A stretch of DNA of 64,000 nt from Candidatus Tepidifontimicrobium thermophilum (GTDB taxonomy: Bacteria; Sysuimicrobiota; Sysuimicrobiia; Sysuimicrobiales; Sysuimicrobiaceae). The position numbers and the translations under genes were made by a program. The notes under the pieces were generated by a model. That model searched no databases and was not told the DNA's origin. It saw only the letters and a program-made list of their open reading frames with translations. Shown in pieces: positions 57,214 to 64,000 of this stretch. How positions within the stretch are numbered: the first letter of the stretch is position 1; each line of letters begins with the position of its first letter. The stretch is taken from assembly GCA_031459915.1 (NCBI GenBank), contig JAVKHO010000005.1, forward strand, positions 99,259 to 163,258, read 5' to 3'.

Positions 57214-58154
57214 ACCTCCCGCGTGGCGCGTTGGGGGTCCTGCTGGTAGCGGCCCTTGTGGTGGCGGGGCTGGTGCTCCCGCGCTGGCTGGTGTTCCTTT
57301 TGGCACTGGCTCTGGCGAAAGGGGTGGCGGTGCTGTCCGTGGTGGTGCTGATGCGGGCGGGGCTGGTGTCGTTCGGCCAGGGCCTGTTCTTCGCGGGCGC
57401 GGCCTACGCGGCGGGATTCGCCATGCGGTGGTGGGGTATACGGGAGGCGCTGCTGCTGGTGCCGTGGAGTGTGGGGCTGGCGGTGGGGCTGGGGGCACTG
57501 GCGGGTTTGCTGGTGGCCCGCTACCGGGACATCTTCTTCGCCATGCTGACCCTGGCCCTCTCCATGGTCCTCTACGGGGTCCTGATCAAGGCGTACGGGG
57601 TGACGGGCGGCAGCGACGGGATCCGCATCCCGACGCCCACGCTCTTGGGCCTGCAGCTGTCGGGGGACGACGCCCGGCTGGTGGTGTACTACCTGGCGGT
57701 GGCGGCCACGGCGGCCGCGGCGTGGGCGGTGGGCCGGTACGCGGCGGCGCCTGCGGGTTACCTGGCGCACGCGGTGCGGGACAACGAGGTGCGGGTGGCG
57801 TACCTGGGGGCGCCGGTGTCCCGGATCGTGTACGCTGCCTTCCTGCTGTCTTCCGGCCTTGCGGGCCTGGGCGGGGCGCTGACGGCCCTGAACGTGGGGC
57901 ACGTGGACCCGGGCCTGGCGTACTGGACTACCAGCGGGGAGCTGGTGTTCATCGCGGTGCTGGGGGGTACCGGGACGGTCCTGGGGCCCCTGGCGGGCGC
58001 GGTGGTGTACGAGCTGATCCGCAGCTACGCGTTCAAGTACGCGCCGTACGCGTGGCAGATGCTGGTGGGCGCGGCGATGCTGCTGATCATCCTGTTCCTG
58101 CCGGGCGGGCTGTGGTCTCCTGTGGAGCGGGTGTGGCGGAGGGCGCAGGGGTGA
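57210..58154 (+). CDS. Branched-chain amino acid-type ABC permease (LivM-like)
   Basis: GLVSFGQ, FFAMLTLA, TGGSDG, AVRDNE, LGGTG. Confidence 0.9.
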   Translation: MNLPRGALGVLLVAALVVAGLVLPRWLVFLLALALAKGVAVLSVVVLMRAGLVSFGQGLFFAGAAYAAGFAMRWWGIREALLLVPWSVGLAVGLGALAGLLVARYRDIFFAMLTLALSMVLYGVLIKAYGVTGGSDGIRIPTPTLLGLQLSGDDARLVVYYLAVAATAAAAWAVGRYAAAPAGYLAHAVRDNEVRVAYLGAPVSRIVYAAFLLSSGLAGLGGALTALNVGHVDPGLAYWTTSGELVFIAVLGGTGTVLGPLAGAVVYELIRSYAFKYAPYAWQMLVGAAMLLIILFLPGGLWSPVERVWRRAQG

Positions 58155-58900
58155 AGACGCCCATCCTGGAGGTGGAGGACCTCACCCTGCACTTCGGCAG
58201 CATCACCGCCGCGGAGCGGGAGACGGTGATCGTCTACCCCGGGGAGCTGGTGGGGATCGTGGGGCCGAACGGCGCCGGCAAGACCACGTTTTTGAACCTG
58301 ATCACGGGTTACCTGCGCCCCGAGCGCGGCACCATCCGCTTCTGGGGGCAGGACGTGGTGGGCCTTGCGCCGCACCAGATCACGGCCCTGGGGGTCGGGC
58401 GGTCCTTCCAGATCCCGCAGCTGTTCCTGACCCTCACGGTGCGGGAGAACGTGCTGGTGGCCCTGGCCACCCGGGAGGGGCGTTGGGCGAGCGTGCGCCG
58501 GCCGCTCCACGAGCCGGCCCGGGTGCAGGCGGCGGACGAGGTCCTGCTGCAGTTCGGGCTGCTGGCACAGGCGGACCGGCCCGCGGGGGAGCTGCCGGAG
58601 GGCGGGCGGAAGCTGCTGGACGTGGCCATGGCGTTCGCCCTGCGCCCGCGGCTGCTGCTGATGGACGAGCCCACCAGCGGGGTGAGCGCCCGGGAGAAGT
58701 TTCAGGTCATGGACACCCTGGTGCAGGCCCTGCGGGAGGGGGGCATCACCGCTCTGTTCGTGGAGCACGACATGGACGTGGTACGGCGGTACGCCACTCG
58801 GGTGCTGGTGCTGAGCAACGGCCGCATTCTGGCGGACGGGGTGCCGTCGGAGGTCCTGGAGGACCCGGAGATCCGGCTCGCGGTGACGGGGAGGCGTTAG
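58151..58900 (+). CDS. ABC ATP-binding protein (LivG-like)
   Basis: GPNGAGKTT, RSFQ, LMDEPTSG, VEHDM. Confidence 0.92.
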   Translation: MKTPILEVEDLTLHFGSITAAERETVIVYPGELVGIVGPNGAGKTTFLNLITGYLRPERGTIRFWGQDVVGLAPHQITALGVGRSFQIPQLFLTLTVRENVLVALATREGRWASVRRPLHEPARVQAADEVLLQFGLLAQADRPAGELPEGGRKLLDVAMAFALRPRLLLMDEPTSGVSAREKFQVMDTLVQALREGGITALFVEHDMDVVRRYATRVLVLSNGRILADGVPSEVLEDPEIRLAVTGRR

Positions 58901-59545
58901 GTGCTGCGGCTGGAGGACGTGTACGTGGCGGTCCGCCGGATCACCATCCTGCGGGGGGTGAGCCTGGAGCTGTCGGCGGGCGCGGTGGTGGGGCTGGTGG
59001 GGCGCAACGGGGCGGGCAAGACCACCACCCTGCGCACGGTGATGGGACTCATGCCGGTGACGAGCGGGCGCATCTGGTACGACGGGACGGAGTTGACCGC
59101 GGTAGCCGCCCACCGGAGGGCTTCCTTGGGGATCGGGTACATGCCGGAGGACCGGCGGCTGGTCCCCGTGCTGACGGTGCAGGAGAACCTGTTGCTGCCC
59201 GCGTGGGCGAACGGGTTTCCGGACGTGGAGGAGCGGTTGGAGACGGTGTACGGGTGGATGCCGGGGCTGCGGGCGATGGCGCAGCGGCCCGCGGGCCAGC
59301 TGAGCGGGGGCCAGCAGAAGCTGGTGGCCTTGGGGAGGGCGCTTGTGGCGGGCAGCCGGCTCCTGCTGCTGGACGAGCCCTTCGAGGGGCTGGCTCCTGC
59401 CCTGGCGGACCAGATTGGCGAGGCCCTGCGGGAGGCGGTGAAGCAGGGCCGTTCGGTGCTGGTGGCCGAGTCCGAGCACCACCGGGTGGAGGCCCTGGCG
59501 GACCGGGTGTACGTGATCGAGCGGGGCGAGGTGGTGGCGGCGTAG
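58901..59545 (+). CDS. ABC ATP-binding protein (LivF-like)
   Basis: GRNGAGKTT, LSGGQQ, LLDEPFEGLAP. Confidence 0.92.
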   Translation: MLRLEDVYVAVRRITILRGVSLELSAGAVVGLVGRNGAGKTTTLRTVMGLMPVTSGRIWYDGTELTAVAAHRRASLGIGYMPEDRRLVPVLTVQENLLLPAWANGFPDVEERLETVYGWMPGLRAMAQRPAGQLSGGQQKLVALGRALVAGSRLLLLDEPFEGLAPALADQIGEALREAVKQGRSVLVAESEHHRVEALADRVYVIERGEVVAA

Positions 59546-59568
59546 GGATCGAGACGGAGGTGAGGGCC

Positions 59569-60993
59569 GTGGAGGCCAGGCTGTTTGTCGGCGGCCAGTG
59601 GGTCGAGGGCGGCACGCGTATAGAGGTCCGGAACAAGTACTCGGGGGAGGTGGTCGGCACCATCCCCGAGGCGCGGCGGGAGGACGTTCAGGCGGCTGTG
59701 GAAGCGGCGCAGCGCGGCGCCGCGGCCATGGCGGAACTGCCCGCCCACCGGCGCGGGGAGATCCTCGGGAAGGCCGCGGAGCTCATCCGCGAACGAAAGG
59801 AGGAGTTCGCGCGCACCATCGCCGCGGAGGCCGGCAAAGCCCTCAAGTACGCCCGGATCGAGGTGGACCGGGCGGTGTCCACGTTCACCGTGGCCTCGGA
59901 GGAGGCCAAACGCGTCCACGGGGAGACCGTGCCCATGGACGCAGTTCCGGCGGGCGAGGGCTACTTCGGCTTCTGGGTCCGCCGGCCTGTAGGGGTGGTG
60001 GCGGCCATCACGCCGTTCAACTTCCCCCTGAATCTGGTCGCCCACAAGGTGGCTCCCGCACTCGCGGCGGGCAACGCGGTGGTGTTGAAGCCAGCCAGCA
60101 CCACGCCCCTCACTGCGGTGCTGCTGTGTCAGGTACTGGAAGAAGCGGGATTGCCTGCGGGTGCGCTCAACCTCGTGGTGGGCCCAGGCAGCACGGTGGG
60201 GGAGTGGCTGGTCACCGACCCGCGGGTGGCCAAGGTCAGCTTCACGGGAAGCCCGCCCGTGGGCCGGCGCATCACGGAGATCGCGGGGGTCAAGAAGGTG
60301 ACCCTGGAGCTGGGGAACACCTCCCCGGTGGTGGTGGCGCCGGATGTGGACCTGGACTTCGTGGCCCGGCGGTGCGCGGTGGGCGCCTACTACAACTCCG
60401 GGCAGGTGTGCATCTCCGTGCAGCGCATCTACGCCACCCGGGAGGCGTACGACTCCTTCCTGGACCGGTTCGTGCAGGCCAGCCAGGCCATGGTGGTGGG
60501 TGACCCCCTGGACGAACGGGTGGACGTGGGGCCCATGATCGACGAGCGGGAGGCTCGGCGCATTGAGGCCTGGGTGGAGGAGGCCCTGGCGGGCGGAGCC
60601 CGGGTGCTCACCGGGCACCGGCGGGAGCGGGCGGTGTACTGGCCCACCGTGCTCACGGACGTGAAGCCGGAGATGAAGGTGGTGGCGCAGGAAGCCTTCG
60701 CCCCTGTGGCGTCCGTCATACGCTCGGAGGACTTCGAGCAGGCCCTGGAGCAGGCCAACGCCACGGAGTACGGGCTGCAGGCCGCGGTGTTCACCCGCGA
60801 CGTGGACCGCGTCTTCCGGGCCATCCGGAAGCTGAACTTCGGCGGGGTGATCGTCAACGACACCCCCGCGTATCGGGCGGACCACATGCCCTACGGTGGC
60901 GTCCGCGGTAGTGGCATCGGGCGCGAGGGCGTGCGCTACGCCATCGAGGAGATGACCAACATCCAGATGGTGGTCATCCGCACCGGGAGCTGA
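59569..60993 (+). CDS. NAD(P)-dependent aldehyde dehydrogenase
   Basis: ITPFNFP, SFTGS, LELG, GQVCISVQR, EAFAPV, MPYGG; SD GGAGGTGA. Confidence 0.92.
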   Translation: MEARLFVGGQWVEGGTRIEVRNKYSGEVVGTIPEARREDVQAAVEAAQRGAAAMAELPAHRRGEILGKAAELIRERKEEFARTIAAEAGKALKYARIEVDRAVSTFTVASEEAKRVHGETVPMDAVPAGEGYFGFWVRRPVGVVAAITPFNFPLNLVAHKVAPALAAGNAVVLKPASTTPLTAVLLCQVLEEAGLPAGALNLVVGPGSTVGEWLVTDPRVAKVSFTGSPPVGRRITEIAGVKKVTLELGNTSPVVVAPDVDLDFVARRCAVGAYYNSGQVCISVQRIYATREAYDSFLDRFVQASQAMVVGDPLDERVDVGPMIDEREARRIEAWVEEALAGGARVLTGHRRERAVYWPTVLTDVKPEMKVVAQEAFAPVASVIRSEDFEQALEQANATEYGLQAAVFTRDVDRVFRAIRKLNFGGVIVNDTPAYRADHMPYGGVRGSGIGREGVRYAIEEMTNIQMVVIRTGS

Positions 60994-61044
60994 CGTGGAC
61001 CTGCGGGTGCTTTCCAGTCCGTTCTTCAGCGAGTGAGGTGCCCC

Positions 61045-62172
61045 ATGCGGACACGGGCGGCGGTGCTGTACGAGATGGGCCAGCCCCGGCCCTACCGGGA
61101 GACACAGCCGCTGCGGCTGGAGGAGGTGGAGCTGGAGGGTCCAGGGCCCGGGGAGGTCCTGGTGGAGGTCGAGGCCGCGGGGCTGTGCCACTCCGACCTG
61201 TCCGTGATCGACGGGACCCGGCCCCGGGTGATGCCCATGGTGCTGGGGCACGAGGCCACGGGTGTGGTGCGCGGCCTGGGACCGGGCGTGACGGAGGTTC
61301 GGGAAGGCGACCGGGTGGTGTTCAGCTTCGTACCCTCGTGTGGCCGCTGCCGTTTCTGCGCCGTCGGCCGTCCGGCGCTCTGCGAGCGGGGGAACGCCGC
61401 CAACGTCAGCGGTTGCCTGCTGGACGGGTCCTGTCACTTCCGAAAGGGCGAGCAGACCCTCCACCACCACCTGGGCGTGTCGGCTTTCTCCCGCTTCACG
61501 GTGGCTGCCCAGGAGAGCCTCGTGCGGATCGACACGGACGTGCCGCCGGAGGTGGCAGCTCTGCTCGGCTGCGCGGTGCTGACGGGTGTCGGCGCGGTGT
61601 TCAACACCGCGCGGGTGGAGCCGGGGAGTTCGGTGGCCGTGTTCGGCCTCGGCGGAGTGGGCCTGAGCGCGGTCCTGGGGGCGCGGGCGGCGGGCGCTTT
61701 CCCCGTCGTGGCGGTGGACGTGCGGGAGGAGAAGCTCGCCCTCGCCCGCGAGGTGGGGGCCACCCACGCGGTCCACGCACGGGAGGAGGACGCGGCGGCC
61801 CGCGTCCGGGAACTCACCGACGGAGGCGCGGCCTACGCCTTCGAGTGCGCGGGCAGTGAGCAGGTGCTGGAGCAGGCTTACCGGGCCACCGGTCGGGGCG
61901 GGACGACAATCACCGTGAGCCTCCCGGACCCGGCGCGTACGGTCCGCATCCCCGCGGTGAGCCTGGTGACCGAAGAGCGGACCCTGCGGGGCTCGTACAT
62001 GGGCTCTTCAGTCCCGCGCCGTGACATCCCTAGGTACCTCAGCCTGTACCGAGCAGGGTTGCTGCCGGTAGACCGGCTGCTCAGCCGGGTGATCCGACTC
62101 GACGAGATCAACGAAGCGTTCGACCGGCTCGCAGAGGGTGCCGTGGTCCGACAGGTGGTGCGGTTCGACTAG
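61045..62172 (+). CDS. Zn-dependent alcohol dehydrogenase (class III-like MDR)
   Basis: LCHSD, GHE, CGRCRFC.......C, GCAVLTG, GLGGVG. Confidence 0.9.
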   Translation: MRTRAAVLYEMGQPRPYRETQPLRLEEVELEGPGPGEVLVEVEAAGLCHSDLSVIDGTRPRVMPMVLGHEATGVVRGLGPGVTEVREGDRVVFSFVPSCGRCRFCAVGRPALCERGNAANVSGCLLDGSCHFRKGEQTLHHHLGVSAFSRFTVAAQESLVRIDTDVPPEVAALLGCAVLTGVGAVFNTARVEPGSSVAVFGLGGVGLSAVLGARAAGAFPVVAVDVREEKLALAREVGATHAVHAREEDAAARVRELTDGGAAYAFECAGSEQVLEQAYRATGRGGTTITVSLPDPARTVRIPAVSLVTEERTLRGSYMGSSVPRRDIPRYLSLYRAGLLPVDRLLSRVIRLDEINEAFDRLAEGAVVRQVVRFD

Positions 62173-62210
62173 CCCACAGCTCCGCAGGACCGCGTTCCGT
62201 CCGGGAGGGG

Positions 62211-63827
62211 ATGTTGGCTCCGGAGGTGGTCTACCACGGCGGTCGGTTCTACACCCTGGACCCGGCTCAGCCGCGGGCACAGGCCGTCGCGGTGCTGTAC
62301 GGCCGCATCGTGGCGGTAGGGTCGGACGAGGAGGTCCTGCGGCTGGCGGACGCGCGCACGCGCCGGGTGGACCTGGAGGGCGCGGTGGCCCTCCCGGGGT
62401 TCCACGACGCGCACTGTCACGTCCTCCTGTTCGGCTTGAGCCTGGTGGAGGTGAACCTGCGCCAGGCACGCTCCGTGGCCGACGTGGCAGCCGCCGTGGC
62501 CGAGCGCGCGCGCGGGCTGGGCCCGGGAAGGTGGGTGCGGGGAGGCGGCTACGACCAGAACCGGCTGGCGGAAAGGCGCCATCCCACCCGGTGGGACCTG
62601 GACCCCGTGTCCCCCGAAAACCCCGTGTGGCTGTACCACGTCTCGGGGCACATGGGGGTGGCCAACTCCGCCGCGCTGAAGCTGGCGGGCGTGACCCGCG
62701 ACACCCCGGACCCACCCGGCGGCCGGATCGTGCGGGGCGAGGACGGGGAGCCCACCGGCCTGCTGCTGGAGACCGCCCAGGACCTCGTGAAGCGCGTCCT
62801 GCCCCCGTACACCCTGGCGGAGACGAAGGCCGCGCTGGCCGCCGCGGGCCGGCGGATGGCCGCGGAAGGCGTCACCGCGGCTCAGGACGCGTGGGCGGGC
62901 TGGATCGCGCCGGAGGAGTTCCGCGCCTACCAGGAAGCCAGCCAGGAGGACCTGCTCCCCCAGCGGGTGTGGCTGATGGTGGACGTCGAGAAACTGCCGG
63001 TGCGCGAGGGACGGTTCGACTTCGGCTTCGGACTGCACACGGGGTTCGGCAGTGACCGGCTGCGCCTGGGGGCTGTCAAGATCTTCACCGACGGGTCTCT
63101 GATCGGCCGCACCGCGGCGCTGAGCCAGCCGTACGCGGACCCGCCGGACACCTCGGGCTTTTTGGTCAAGAGTGAGGGGACCATCCGACAGCAGGTCCGG
63201 CTGGCGCACGAGGGCGGCTGGCAGGTGGCGCTGCACGCCATCGGCGACCGGGCCATCGAGGCGACCCTGGACGCGGTGGAGGCGGTGATGGGACCGGACG
63301 CGGCCAGCTTCCGGCCGCGGGTCGAACACGCGGGGGTCCTGCGGCCGGACCTCATCGAGCGGATCCGCCGGCTGGGTGCGGTGGTGGTGACCCAGCCGCG
63401 GTTCGTGTTCGAGTTCGGGGACGGCTACCGGGCCGCGCTGGCAGACGAGCGGATCCGGCTGACGTTCCCCCTGGCGAGCCTGCGGGGCCTGCACGTGGCG
63501 TTCAGCAGCGACCGGCCCGTGACGGACGGGGCGCCAGTACTTGGGATCGCGGCCGCGGTCCTGCGCCGCACGGCCTCCGGAGCGCCCTACGCTCCGGAGG
63601 AGCGGATCTCCGTGGAAGAAGCCGTCCGGGCCTACACCCTGGGGGCTGCCTACAGCGCGTTCGCGGAAAGGGAGCTGGGCTCCCTGGAGGTGGCGAAGTG
63701 GGCGGACTTCGTGGTCCTGGACCGTGACCCGTTCCAGGTGGACCCCGAGGAGATTGCAAAGGTCCGCGTCCTGCGAACCGTGGTGGGTGGGCGGTGCGTG
63801 TATCCGTCTGCCGACGCTTCCGATTGA
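62211..63827 (+). CDS. Amidohydrolase-3 family protein (YtcJ-like)
   Basis: PGFHDAHCH, KIFTDGS, HAIGD, RVEH, SSD.PV, YT.GAA, ADFVVLD. Confidence 0.9.
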   Translation: MLAPEVVYHGGRFYTLDPAQPRAQAVAVLYGRIVAVGSDEEVLRLADARTRRVDLEGAVALPGFHDAHCHVLLFGLSLVEVNLRQARSVADVAAAVAERARGLGPGRWVRGGGYDQNRLAERRHPTRWDLDPVSPENPVWLYHVSGHMGVANSAALKLAGVTRDTPDPPGGRIVRGEDGEPTGLLLETAQDLVKRVLPPYTLAETKAALAAAGRRMAAEGVTAAQDAWAGWIAPEEFRAYQEASQEDLLPQRVWLMVDVEKLPVREGRFDFGFGLHTGFGSDRLRLGAVKIFTDGSLIGRTAALSQPYADPPDTSGFLVKSEGTIRQQVRLAHEGGWQVALHAIGDRAIEATLDAVEAVMGPDAASFRPRVEHAGVLRPDLIERIRRLGAVVVTQPRFVFEFGDGYRAALADERIRLTFPLASLRGLHVAFSSDRPVTDGAPVLGIAAAVLRRTASGAPYAPEERISVEEAVRAYTLGAAYSAFAERELGSLEVAKWADFVVLDRDPFQVDPEEIAKVRVLRTVVGGRCVYPSADASD

Positions 63828-63837
63828 CACTCTAGAG

Positions 63838-64000
63838 TGTCCAGTTTCGGAATGGTGTGCACACATTACGCATGAGCGCTCTGTTCATCCTCTCTCCTCC
63901 AGGCCACACCCCAGAACATCTCGGCCGGTGGCCGACCGTTGGTGCGGTAGCCCAGGTGCGGTCGGCGGTGGTTGTAGAACTCGAGGTACCGATCCAGGGC
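63838..64000 (-). mobile_element. IS481-family insertion sequence, right end (partial)
   Basis: Terminal TGTCCAG... at 63838; contains the transposase C-terminus. Confidence 0.75.
63866..64000 (-). CDS. IS481-family transposase C-terminal fragment (truncated by window edge)
   Basis: ALDRYLEFYNHRRPHLGYRTNGRPPAEMF...*, integrase-core YN..RPH..G..P motif. Confidence 0.8.
   Translation of the reverse strand, partial: ALDRYLEFYNHRRPHLGYRTNGRPPAEMFWGVAWRREDEQSAHA

Overview
High-GC bacterial chromosome segment (about 70% or more by eye), densely coding, with no rRNA or CRISPR array. It has three parts. (1) 1-12.6 kb: an accessory cluster for methoxylated-aromatic catabolism downstream of tRNA-Pro(GGG). 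It holds a LigM-type THF-dependent O-demethylase, a MetF with a fused MetV-like Cys-rich domain, Fhs, a VOC-fold (type I) extradiol dioxygenase, a GalB hydratase, a LigK/GalC-type aldolase, GntR and two orphan enzymes. The genes form two convergent arms whose promoters share a tandem operator. (2) 12.6-45.3 kb: housekeeping genes in a Firmicutes-like order: lexA/rny-ymdB-PHP, T-box-valS, paaF/G/J-like genes, secD-secF, recJ (fused to HIRAN and a degenerate helicase), rel, fabI, dtd, hisS-aspS, rarA. (3) 45.4-64 kb: protoglobin, mmsA + Zn-ADH + TRAP transporter, a PucR regulator divergent from a signal-less binding protein and an ABC/ALDH/ADH/amidohydrolase operon, ending in an IS481-family element. 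The best candidate for an undescribed system is the hybrid lignin-monomer pathway with non-orthologous ring-cleavage components. Other notable signals are a probable ACG start codon for RNase Y, repeated leaderless promoters, two unannotated small ORFs and tRNA 3'-end repeats. All protein calls come from motif recognition by eye; no database searches were run.
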